This document shows, piece after piece, positions 27,519 through 35,077 of a stretch of 43,088 nucleotides of DNA. A program made the position numbers and the translations under genes. The notes below the pieces were generated by a model. That model saw only the letters and a program-made list of their open reading frames with translations, made no database searches and was not told the DNA's origin. The stretch is from positions 1 to 43,088 of IMG/VR virus record IMGVR_UViG_3300012917_000002, one strand, 5' to 3'. Each line of letters begins with the position of its first letter. Positions within the stretch are counted from its first letter, which is position 1. The DNA comes from a virus.

Positions 27519-29000
27519 TTAAGTTGAAGCAGCTACCAAAGCACCTTTAGACATTTTCTTTATCATATTAAAATACTTAAGTGTGTTTCGACTAACGGGA
27601 CGGCTAATCTCCGTTTTAGGTGATCCATGCATTGCAACAAAGTATCTAGTAGGATCATACGCATGGTCAGTCACACTATCCTCGCGATCGTCACAGTAGA
27701 TAGCTTTGCCTTCAAAATAACCAAGTAACTTACGCCGTTGACTTTGCAACTGTGTAATTGCATGATAGCAGCCATAAGGATTTTCAATAGATCGTTTAAT
27801 GAAATATATTCCTGGTGCAGGGGAACTTTCAGTATAGGGATGTTTAAAACGGTCCGCGGGTCGTAGAAGCTCATTTATTCGATTACGAGTAGCATGTTCA
27901 TTATTATCTGCTGGAAGCCACGCAATTGGAGGTGCATCGATTTCTTTCGTAAGGTATTCATCAGCTACTGTCCAAAATCCTCCAGCTTTTTGAGCTGTCT
28001 TTTTAAAAATTTGGGGATCTGCAAAGTTTGAGCTATATCGTTCCGCGCCGCTTAAGTCAAAAATTGCTTTTCTATGATTAGAAATAACTTCGTTGGGACA
28101 ATAGTATTCTCTATAACAAATGTATACTCCGCGAAAAACTCCAAACCAGAGACAGCAAGTAGGAGACGAATCTCCATGATCCAAAGATCTAAACAAATTC
28201 CCCTTTGTTCGTAATTTTTCCATAAAATCTTTATCAAACTCAAGAGAGCTTTCAGGCAAAAGACGATGTATCTGAGCATTAGAAATTCCCCATTTACCTA
28301 ATACATATTTTTCAATATATTCCGAACCCTTTTTAAGTGCATTTCTATAAGTTTCTTCAGATCCAAGACCAGGATCCCACTCACCTTCTGTAAAAAAATA
28401 TTCTGGATCAACTGTAAGTGACTCAGGATGATATTTACGATATATATAATGATACTGTGTATCAGGATTTGTAAGTAGCATCATATAAGATGGAGCAATA
28501 AGACGACCTGTCTTAGGATTTCGTGGCCATTGCCCATTATGTGCTAATAATGAAGCTGGAATCTCAACATTATCCCAGCGGCCGATACGAGCATCAAGAA
28601 CATCATAAACTTTCTCTTCTGTTTCCTCAGCTTGGTCTACTAAGACACTATTAACTTCCAAACCACGCAACGTATTTTCATCAACTTTATCTAAATGAAG
28701 CCAAAAAATTGTACTTTTATTCTTAAGTACCGTTAATCCATCTTGTTCATTGTGGCGCTCAATTAGCTCAGAAGGACAAAGTTTAAAGAAAGTCTGCATT
28801 GTTGTACGTTTAAGATCGGCATAAACCTGACGAGCAATAGCCATTCTATAGTTATGGAAAGTCGATAGTAGTGTAAAAGCCTTAAGACAACCTGCGTAAG
28901 TCTTACCATTGTTAAAACCTCCACTAAAGCACTGGTTTCTGCTATTAGAATAATAAAATTGACGTTGTTGAGGATTTGCAAACTGAATCTCTAAATCCAT
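27519..29000 (-). CDS. terL: Terminase large subunit
   Basis: Walker A is GGFNNGKT and Walker B-like is VLVDQAEE, followed by a C-terminal nuclease-type region. I prefer ATG 29000 (a TAATG overlap with the upstream stop) over the track GTG at 29018. Confidence 0.9.
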   Translation of the reverse strand: MDLEIQFANPQQRQFYYSNSRNQCFSGGFNNGKTYAGCLKAFTLLSTFHNYRMAIARQVYADLKRTTMQTFFKLCPSELIERHNEQDGLTVLKNKSTIFWLHLDKVDENTLRGLEVNSVLVDQAEETEEKVYDVLDARIGRWDNVEIPASLLAHNGQWPRNPKTGRLIAPSYMMLLTNPDTQYHYIYRKYHPESLTVDPEYFFTEGEWDPGLGSEETYRNALKKGSEYIEKYVLGKWGISNAQIHRLLPESSLEFDKDFMEKLRTKGNLFRSLDHGDSSPTCCLWFGVFRGVYICYREYYCPNEVISNHRKAIFDLSGAERYSSNFADPQIFKKTAQKAGGFWTVADEYLTKEIDAPPIAWLPADNNEHATRNRINELLRPADRFKHPYTESSPAPGIYFIKRSIENPYGCYHAITQLQSQRRKLLGYFEGKAIYCDDREDSVTDHAYDPTRYFVAMHGSPKTEISRPVSRNTLKYFNMIKKMSKGALVAAST

Positions 29001-30412
29001 TAAGGCCCTACTACACAAGTACCACCAAGCGCAGCTGTAACTATACGTAATACAGTATTTACATTACACACACCTTGACCATTTATATTAGCGGTACATG
29101 GAATCTTACTAAGCTCCATATCAACAACTAACTTTACATCAAATATATCAGTTCGGCCATCTTTATTTAAATCACAGGCATAAGGTGTTGTAAAAGCTCC
29201 GAGATCCCATGAAGTATTAGATCGAGTGAACCCGTCAAAATCAAGTGCTGCTTGAACAATCGGTACGCCACGACCTATAGCTGGGCTATTTGCCTGTAAA
29301 TGATAATTAAATATACCGGGATTTACAAAAAGTGGATCTCCAATAGTATTATTAGTTTGAGTAATAGTACCCAACCCACCTTGCGGATTTATACCAGTAC
29401 ATACATCTGGAGTAATTATATTTGGAAGCAATACAGTTATTGAAGAACCAAAGAGGAGATTATGGTCGAATAAGTTAACCCCAGTGTAAGTAGAATCAGG
29501 ACAATCCGCAACTACTGCTCGCTGAATATTTCTAAATATACTATTACGTATTTTAACATTGCCTACAGTGTCACCATTACCATCACCAATTTGAATAACT
29601 CCATCTCGACAACCAAGACAAGCAGGACCATCGAAAGTATTATTTGATATATTATAATCAGTACCACTACCTATAGGTGTTATAGCAATAGCCCAACCAG
29701 CAAGAAGATCATAAAAAATACTATTAACTATAGTTACAAAGCTACCATTTATATATAAATTTTGGTCATGCCAATAAGCCTGACTACAAGGAGCCGGATT
29801 AGTATTACAAGGACTTAAACGACCGATATGATGAAATATATCACTGTCAAAAGTAATATTATTAGAACCATTTAAAACTAGAACGCCTACTTTCGCGCCG
29901 GCTGTGTTAGTTATTATATTTCCTATATTTCTAAATTCACAATGTTTAAAAGTTAAATTATTTCCTTGTGAAAATATTCCAGCCACATAAGTATTCTGAA
30001 TTATAAAGCTATCTATGGTTATATATGTAGCAATATTGGAGATAAAGAAATAAGAGTGGCATAACATACCTGAGTCTAACGTAGCGCCACGCAGATTCTC
30101 AGCTTTTATAACTATAGGGCTACCCGAGGAGGCGGCCGTAGATATAGTTACTGCATAACCATCAGGGGATAGAATATTACTATTTTGAGGATCTGGTGCT
30201 GTAGTTGTACAGTGGCCTGCTCCTGGGCCATAAGTACCATTTTTAACTACCACTGTGTCGCCAGCAATTGATACATTTACACCTTTTTGTATAGTTAAAT
30301 ATGGAGCAGCCGCAGTTCCAGCATTTGTATCAGCTCCACTGGTGGCTACATAACGTGTTGCTGCGCAACCTATAACTGAAGTAAGAATAATATAGATAAT
30401 AAATTTACGCAT
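29000..30412 (-). CDS. Right-handed beta-helix (pectate-lyase-like) protein with lipoprotein leader and C-terminal dockerin
   Basis: The leader MRKFIIYIILTSVIGC contains a lipobox. Beta-helix repeats include ITIDSFIIQNT and LTFKHCEFRNIGN. The C-terminus DLNKDGRTDIFDVKLVVDMEL...NINGQGVCNVNTVLRIVTAAL forms two dockerin-type Ca-loop/helix segments (nt 29024-29173). Confidence 0.7.
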   Translation of the reverse strand: MRKFIIYIILTSVIGCAATRYVATSGADTNAGTAAAPYLTIQKGVNVSIAGDTVVVKNGTYGPGAGHCTTTAPDPQNSNILSPDGYAVTISTAASSGSPIVIKAENLRGATLDSGMLCHSYFFISNIATYITIDSFIIQNTYVAGIFSQGNNLTFKHCEFRNIGNIITNTAGAKVGVLVLNGSNNITFDSDIFHHIGRLSPCNTNPAPCSQAYWHDQNLYINGSFVTIVNSIFYDLLAGWAIAITPIGSGTDYNISNNTFDGPACLGCRDGVIQIGDGNGDTVGNVKIRNSIFRNIQRAVVADCPDSTYTGVNLFDHNLLFGSSITVLLPNIITPDVCTGINPQGGLGTITQTNNTIGDPLFVNPGIFNYHLQANSPAIGRGVPIVQAALDFDGFTRSNTSWDLGAFTTPYACDLNKDGRTDIFDVKLVVDMELSKIPCTANINGQGVCNVNTVLRIVTAALGGTCVVGP

Positions 30413-30418
30413 TAATCT

Positions 30419-30691
30419 TTAATCTTTAACCTTACTTAAATGTAAATTAGCTCGCTTCGCAGAAGTAGAGGCGTGACGTGTTCGCGCGGCGAGGATTGCT
30501 TCAGCAACTTTTCTACTATAACCTTCGGCTTGAATTTTACCTTGTACAGCTTTAAATCCTGGATGCGCTTTACGCTTAGTTGCTACACCAACTTCATCCC
30601 CGGCTTCGCCGGTTTTATTGGTAAGCTTGGATGCACTATATTTATTGTGGTGCCGCTGCACAGCGACCATTATATGTGCATGAAGACTCAT
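30419..30691 (-). CDS. Small basic protein
   Basis: 90-aa Lys/Arg/Ala-rich ORF with a 4-nt overlap with the upstream DUF3008-like gene. Confidence 0.5.
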   Translation of the reverse strand: MSLHAHIMVAVQRHHNKYSASKLTNKTGEAGDEVGVATKRKAHPGFKAVQGKIQAEGYSRKVAEAILAARTRHASTSAKRANLHLSKVKD

Positions 30692-30876
30692 AATTTATGC
30701 TTCCCCGTCGCAGCGGACCGTATATGCTCTGCCAGACCCCGCGTAGCGGTAGAGGCATAATTATGAAGTTGAAAATGTGACATTTTTAATACACCTTTAT
30801 TTCGCTTATAGAGTTTGGAGGGATTATGCTCAGCTATAGCCATTACAATACGTTGCGCACGACTAACTGCTGGCAT
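30688..30876 (-). CDS. DUF3008-like protein
   Basis: MPAVSRAQRIVMAIAEH...FQLHNYASTATRGL matches the DUF3008 pattern (MPAxSxAQ...ASTxxKGLP) as I remember it. Confidence 0.55.
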   Translation of the reverse strand: MPAVSRAQRIVMAIAEHNPSKLYKRNKGVLKMSHFQLHNYASTATRGLAEHIRSAATGKHKL

Positions 30877-31038
30877 CTTTTAGTATCCAAGTATGTAAAT
30901 ATAAAGGTTATATACAGGATTTAAAGCCCTAGGTATAGTACATAATACGTAAAAAATAAAAAATAAAAGTATTAAATCAAAGATTAAACCAAAAATTAAC
31001 ACAAGAAGACGGCCCGCGCCTGTGGCGCCACTCATATA

Positions 31039-31335
31039 TTAAGGTTTTGTATTAGCAGCTACAGCAGCAGCTAACTCTGAGCTTTTTTTCTCTATGGTTG
31101 TTTGTACATCAGTTATAGCCTGTAATTGTGCTGGTGTAGCTCCCGCAGCTAAAGCAGTTTCAACTGCATCTGCAATTAATTTTGGGATACCATTAATAAG
31201 TGTAACTGCACTATCGACTACTGTTGTTTCTGCTGTTACATCTGTTGTTAAAACTGCAATTTTATCATCTAAAAGTGACATTTTTTCTCCTAATTGAATT
31301 AGTAACTTTACGATCTTTTTATCATTAAAGATCAT
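31039..31335 (-). CDS. Ala/Thr-rich helical protein
   Basis: 98-aa ORF that may start at the internal MSLLDDK. A GC hairpin and a T-rich stretch follow it on the minus strand (31011-31030). Confidence 0.45.
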   Translation of the reverse strand: MIFNDKKIVKLLIQLGEKMSLLDDKIAVLTTDVTAETTVVDSAVTLINGIPKLIADAVETALAAGATPAQLQAITDVQTTIEKKSSELAAAVAANTKP

Positions 31336-31341
31336 AAAATA

Positions 31342-31692
31342 TTATTGTTCTTTCGGCGCCACAAGGTCAAAACGGCCGATACGACGTTCATCTTCTTCAA
31401 GATTACTTAAGAATGGTCGTACATTAATAAATCGCATATTCATAAGTTCACAGTGACGTTTTACACGAGATATTACAGTACGAAAATCACCTTTAAGTTC
31501 AAAATATTTCATCTGTGGATGTGGATTTTGTCCTTCACGGTAATAAAGAACATACATTGTAGATATTGTAGGATCTACAGATGGTAATCCATGTGGCAGA
31601 CCGGGGGCTGTAAGATTTTGTTGTGGATTTGGGTTCTCTTGTCCAAGCCGTTGCGCAGAAGTTATATCTTTAAGAATTTCTGTAGAAGACAT
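31342..31692 (-). CDS. Hypothetical protein
   Basis: 116-aa ORF contiguous with its neighbours. Confidence 0.5.
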   Translation of the reverse strand: MSSTEILKDITSAQRLGQENPNPQQNLTAPGLPHGLPSVDPTISTMYVLYYREGQNPHPQMKYFELKGDFRTVISRVKRHCELMNMRFINVRPFLSNLEEDERRIGRFDLVAPKEQ

Positions 31693-31913
31693 TAAAAATA
31701 CTCTCTAAAAGATTCAAGATTTTCAGCAAGATATGTATTTTCTTCAAGTTTTTTAATTTTATCTTGTACTTTTGATAACTCTTTTATTAAATTTTCTCGC
31801 TGATATTTTAAATCTTGAAGAATTGTTGGTCGTTTATTCGTTAAACTAACATTAAGTTGATTTTGTGTTAAAGATTCTTGAGTTTTTATTTTTTGTTCTT
31901 CTTGTTCATACAT
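31692..31913 (-). CDS. Coiled-coil protein
   Basis: 73-aa ORF rich in charged heptads. Confidence 0.45.
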   Translation of the reverse strand: MYEQEEQKIKTQESLTQNQLNVSLTNKRPTILQDLKYQRENLIKELSKVQDKIKKLEENTYLAENLESFREYF

Positions 31914-31928
31914 AATTATTATTTACTT

Positions 31929-32261
31929 TCAACGGGGAATCAGAATAGGATTTATCTGTGTATACTCACTATCACGAATAATAATATTTACAACTGGCAT
32001 GGCTACACCGTTATCACCAGTATTTAGCATTCCATTAAGTTTAAGTGCAAGTTCGGCCGCGCGGAGACGTGTAGAATCAGAATCCGCAATCATCATAAGA
32101 GATCGCAATTGTTCCAATACCTCTTCTGGAGTGAGATTTGATTTTTCTAGAAGATTTAATAAATCTGATGGAGACGTGGCGCCTGCGGCGGCCCGGGGGG
32201 ATACCCCACTTGTAGATAGAACTTTATGTATTTGTGATGGATTTAAAAGAGGCATTTTCAT
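31929..32261 (-). CDS. Possible small terminase subunit
   Basis: 110 aa. DSTRLRAAELALKLNGML resembles the conserved helix of several small terminases. However, it lies 3 kb upstream of terL with other genes between. Confidence 0.3.
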   Translation of the reverse strand: MKMPLLNPSQIHKVLSTSGVSPRAAAGATSPSDLLNLLEKSNLTPEEVLEQLRSLMMIADSDSTRLRAAELALKLNGMLNTGDNGVAMPVVNIIIRDSEYTQINPILIPR

Positions 32262-32454
32262 CTATAATAGAATTATCTACTACATTTATAGGTTTTTCAA
32301 AAATTTCAGTTTTAATTAATTGAGTATCTTTAAATTTTTCAGAAAAAATTCCAATCTCAGAAATTATTTTTTTATTATTTATAGATACATGTAGTGGTGA
32401 TGTAGCTAGTCGTCTATTAGCATATTCTTCCAAATCTGAGAGCGAAGTTCGCAT
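32224..32454 (-). CDS. Hypothetical protein (first gene after the late promoter)
   Basis: 76-aa ORF. A GAAGG purine tract precedes the ATG at 32454. Confidence 0.45.
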   Translation of the reverse strand: MRTSLSDLEEYANRRLATSPLHVSINNKKIISEIGIFSEKFKDTQLIKTEIFEKPINVVDNSIIDENASFKSITNT

Positions 32455-32478
32455 CTTTTTATACCTTCATGACTGGAT

Positions 32479-32507
32479 AGGATAACATATCGTGAAGCGA
32501 AAGTCAA
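32479..32507 (-). promoter_or_regulatory. Sigma70-like promoter facing the late operon
   Basis: The minus strand reads TTGACT (32507-32502), a 17-nt spacer, then TATCCT (32484-32479). This is about 25 nt upstream of the ATG at 32454. Confidence 0.45.
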
Positions 32508-32566
32508 GCGCTAAGTTGTTGAACTAAAAGTAGTTAAGAAGAAAGTAAAAATACTTAGCCCAGCTT

Positions 32567-32773
32567 TCATTTTTTAGCGAAGCTGATTCCTAATTCTTCC
32601 ATTTTCCAGCGAAGTTGCGCCACATTATGAACACCTAATCGTTTATATAATAGAAACATAGAATTTTCTATATGCTTCTTTTTTGTATTAAGACGAAGGG
32701 CAATAGCGGCAAAGCTGAAACCTTCAAGGCGCAGCCGTGAGACTTTTATTTCGTAAGGGGTCATTTTTATCAT
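32567..32773 (-). CDS. LuxR/GerE-type helix-turn-helix regulator
   Basis: 68 aa. MTPYEIKVSRLRLEGFSFAAIALRLNTKKKHIENSMFLLYKRLGVHNVAQL aligns with the GerE HTH consensus. Confidence 0.75.
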   Translation of the reverse strand: MIKMTPYEIKVSRLRLEGFSFAAIALRLNTKKKHIENSMFLLYKRLGVHNVAQLRWKMEELGISFAKK

Positions 32774-32799
32774 TGCATAAGAAAATAGATATCTAAATT

Positions 32800-33000
32800 T
32801 TAAAGCATTGCTTGAATAGTTTGTATATTTTCTTTAATCCTTCTAATAATTTCATAAGGTCCTGGTTCAAAGCCAGGGGTTCCTTTTGTATCCCGCGCCA
32901 TATTAATTACTAAAATTAAAGTATTTTTAAATTGTTGATCTGTTATCAATGTATCTAAAACTTGATATATTTTTTCAAAATTAGGTTTTTTCGTTTTCAT
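32800..33000 (-). CDS. Hypothetical early protein
   Basis: 66-aa ORF. Its ATG is immediately preceded by a tandem 10-nt repeat. Confidence 0.5.
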   Translation of the reverse strand: MKTKKPNFEKIYQVLDTLITDQQFKNTLILVINMARDTKGTPGFEPGPYEIIRRIKENIQTIQAML

Positions 33001-33020
33001 AAAGTAGATTTAAAGTAGAT
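33000..33020. repeat. Two direct copies of TAAAGTAGAT with 11-nt period
   Basis: Copies at 33000-33009 and 33011-33020, read directly. They abut the start codon of gene 32800-33000. Confidence 0.8.
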
Positions 33021-33041
33021 GTATGATTGGTAGGGCGCCTT

Positions 33042-33089
33042 CCCTAGCCGAAGTACTAGTACTACTAGGGGAGTACCGGTGCCTTCGGC
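33042..33089 (-). ncRNA. Candidate structured RNA element (two crossing or alternative helices)
   Basis: CCCTAG (33042-47) pairs with CTAGGG (33065-70). GCCGAAG (33047-53) pairs with CTTCGGC (33083-89). A tandem AGTACT lies in the loop. The element is intergenic and no U-tract follows. Confidence 0.3.
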
Positions 33090-33091
33090 AA

Positions 33092-33214
33092 CTATTTTAC
33101 ATAAGGTTTAAATTTCTGCAGAGAAAAATCATCAATATACCATCCAACCAGCGCACGCCGAATACAATGACGGCGATACGATCTAAAAAGTAGCCAGAGT
33201 ATATGGTAGATCAT
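33092..33214 (-). CDS. Basic micro-protein (40 aa)
   Basis: Hand translation: MIYHILWLLFRSYRRHCIRRALVGWYIDDFSLQKFKPYVK. AAGGA lies just upstream of the ATG. Confidence 0.3.
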   Translation of the reverse strand: MIYHILWLLFRSYRRHCIRRALVGWYIDDFSLQKFKPYVK

Positions 33215-33222
33215 ATGTCCTT

Positions 33223-33318
33223 TTAACGGCATTGTCTAATTCTAAGCCATGACGTAAAAATCTTACGTAATCCACCTAATGCATAGGCTGCCCGTAGTTC
33301 CCAATATAGTGTTTTCAT
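33223..33318 (-). CDS. Basic micro-protein (31 aa)
   Basis: Hand translation: MKTLYWELRAAYALGGLRKIFTSWLRIRQCR. A strong SD (GAGGAG) lies 7 nt upstream of the ATG. Confidence 0.4.
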   Translation of the reverse strand: MKTLYWELRAAYALGGLRKIFTSWLRIRQCR

Positions 33319-33333
33319 CTAAAATCTCCTCAT

Positions 33334-33362
33334 CTCCAGCTTACTACAAGAGTCCGCTGGAG
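33334..33362 (-). promoter_or_regulatory. Intercistronic hairpin
   Basis: CTCCAGC (33334-40) pairs with GCTGGAG (33356-62) around a 15-nt loop. It sits between the stop at 33372 and the SD of the next micro-ORF. Confidence 0.4.
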
Positions 33363-33371
33363 TCAAGAGAC

Positions 33372-33542
33372 TTAAGCGGCCATTTTATTATCGGTACGAA
33401 TTTCCCCCGATATCGTTAATGTATGGCCATTATTCTCAGCATGTTTCTGTGCTTCAGCTAATCCAGAGTTAAACGTAAAATCTTCAACTTTGAATCCGCA
33501 GCCGCATTGATATACAATTCGAGTGATATATTTATGTTTCAC
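33372..33542 (-). CDS. Small protein (56 aa, GTG start)
   Basis: Hand translation: (V/M)KHKYITRIVYQCGCGFKVEDFTFNSGLAEAQKHAENNGHTLTISGEIRTDNKMAA. A purine-rich tract lies upstream. It overlaps the upstream ORF end by 11 nt. Confidence 0.45.
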   Translation of the reverse strand: MKHKYITRIVYQCGCGFKVEDFTFNSGLAEAQKHAENNGHTLTISGEIRTDNKMAA

Positions 33543-33732
33543 TTTGGAGCTCTCTCAATTCTGGTCTACCATAAGGCGAGCGTAAAGTACCGAGAGGATC
33601 TTTACAAATCTCCTCATAACGATTGTTGGGAGAATCTGCTGGAACCGTATGGAATTTACCATTATCAGTATTCAATGGTTGTCTACCAGCACAATGGCCA
33701 CCGCGGTCGTAAAAGAAAACCTGTTCAGTTTT
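33532..33732 (-). CDS. Hypothetical early protein (66 aa)
   Basis: ATG 33732 is preceded by GAGGAG. It is the same frame as track ORF 33532-33747. Confidence 0.5.
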   Translation of the reverse strand, partial: KTEQVFFYDRGGHCAGRQPLNTDNGKFHTVPADSPNNRYEEICKDPLGTLRSPYGRPELRELQSET

Positions 33733-33736
33733 CATA

Positions 33737-34279
33737 TTACTCCTCATCGTCCGCTTCGACCATCGCCGTTTCTTTAAGACCCGAAACCATTACAGGATTG
33801 GTGCGGATCATTTCACGGGCTTTATCCTTTGCAGCCTTTTTCTCCTCAGACTTCATCTCTTTCGAGTACTTAAAGATTGTCTTAGCCAATTGAAGAACTA
33901 AGGGATTCACAACCTTCTTACTCGCCGGCGATCCGGTGAAAGGCTTGAGTTCCTTTGTCTCTTCGTCATATTCCTGCCAAGCTACACTTGTGTCTTTTGC
34001 GAGCGCTGCTATTGCTTCAGTGCGAAGTCCATCATTGATGACTTTGATAAATCGCTCGGTGTCATTCTTGACCCGTTCGAGACCCTCAGCATAAGTAGCG
34101 ACCGGAATGAAGGTCCCAACTTTACGAAGTATTACTTCCTCGAATGTGGTAAGATCGGTAACTGTGTCTTGCTTAATAATCTGCTGTGCGTCCATGGCTT
34201 TCGCCTTTCGTAGGCTCACTCGTCCCACCTTCGGTGTCTGTTTTGGTAGGATGATTGTGGCCATGAGCAAGTGTCGCAT
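33737..34279 (-). CDS. Hypothetical early protein with acidic C-terminus
   Basis: 180-aa ORF, or 175 aa from the second ATG (MATIIL). It is the first gene of the leftward arm, and its GC content is clearly above the genome background. Confidence 0.6.
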   Translation of the reverse strand: MRHLLMATIILPKQTPKVGRVSLRKAKAMDAQQIIKQDTVTDLTTFEEVILRKVGTFIPVATYAEGLERVKNDTERFIKVINDGLRTEAIAALAKDTSVAWQEYDEETKELKPFTGSPASKKVVNPLVLQLAKTIFKYSKEMKSEEKKAAKDKAREMIRTNPVMVSGLKETAMVEADDEE

Positions 34280-34350
34280 ATAGTAATGATAGAGTCAAGA
34301 AAAATCTGACCTTCGATCACCTTCGGTCGAAAAAGTTCAACATTTTAATA

Positions 34351-34395
34351 AAGAAAAGGCGAAACTCTCCGGGTAGAAAACCTTCGCCTTTTCTT
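34351..34395. terminator. Perfect 13-bp hairpin with A-tract/T-tract flanks (bidirectional terminator-like or operator)
   Basis: AAGAAAAGGCGAA (34351-63) pairs with TTCGCCTTTTCTT (34383-95) around a 19-nt loop. It lies in the divergent control region. Confidence 0.5.
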
Positions 34396-34429
34396 CAAAA
34401 GTATCAATAGATGGTTAGGAGGCGAATAT

Positions 34430-34567
34430 ATGGCGAAGCGCTCCCCCCACATGTCACAATGTTTTCACCATAATTCCATGATTCTAAAAGGGTTATCAGT
34501 TGAAGATATGAGAGTAGATTACCGTTCGTTCGCTCCGTCCATCCAGCCTCACAGAGAATGGTTGTAA
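34430..34567 (+). CDS. Micro-ORF (45 aa) with strong Shine-Dalgarno in the control region
   Basis: AGGAGG lies 7 nt upstream of the ATG. Hand translation: MAKRSPHMSQCFHHNSMILKGLSVEDMRVDYRSFAPSIQPHREWL. Confidence 0.35.
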   Translation: MAKRSPHMSQCFHHNSMILKGLSVEDMRVDYRSFAPSIQPHREWL

Positions 34568-34779
34568 GTGATTGATTTTAAAGTATTATAAAAAAAACTT
34601 ATAAAGAAATATCCGCCCCTCCCGACGTTTTCGCCTTTTCTTCATTGTCCTTTAGAATGAGTCACTTACATATCTCTTCTAATGTCTCCCACAGGGCCAC
34701 AAGGTTTCGCCAACCGGACGGGGCTTAGGACCTTTAGCCTTTACCTGATAACTCATTGACTCCATAGCAAATAAAACCC

Positions 34780-34808
34780 TTGACAGCCTCCCTACAGCGT
34801 GCTACGAT
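34780..34808 (+). promoter_or_regulatory. Sigma70-like promoter for the rightward arm
   Basis: TTGACA (34780-85), a 17-nt spacer, then TACGAT (34803-08). It faces the replication genes. Confidence 0.5.
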
Positions 34809-35074
34809 CGACCATGGACCGACCTCAGACTCTTTACTCCATGCTTCATGAAGACAAGGCGAAGACTATCCGTCGGTCGAAGTCCTTTGCTATCAGCACC
34901 CCGAAAAAAGATGCTCAGATTCCATTCTCATTAAATGCTGAGTTTTTACCACTCGATAAACTATTAACTTCGAGAATTAAGCCAGCACGTATGAAACGAT
35001 CTAGGCTAATACCTACAAAAATTCAAAATTCACGGCTAAGCGACACATCTTCGCCGCGATCCAAGGGAGCGTGA
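34799..35074 (+). CDS. Doubtful basic low-complexity ORF (may be 5' leader)
   Basis: This track ORF overlaps the putative promoter. If real, it probably starts at ATG 34814. Its composition is Ser/Lys/Arg-rich. Confidence 0.25.
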   Translation: MLRSTMDRPQTLYSMLHEDKAKTIRRSKSFAISTPKKDAQIPFSLNAEFLPLDKLLTSRIKPARMKRSRLIPTKIQNSRLSDTSSPRSKGA

Positions 35075-35077
35075 ACC

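Noticed and set aside
31929-32261. Firm small-terminase assignment
   Set aside because: Only one short helix motif resembles TerS proteins, and the gene is separated from terL by seven ORFs. It is left as a low-confidence suggestion.
34799-35074. Confident protein-coding call for the 91-aa basic ORF
   Set aside because: It overlaps the best promoter candidate, has low-complexity Ser/Lys/Arg-rich content and lacks an SD. It is kept only as a low-confidence feature.
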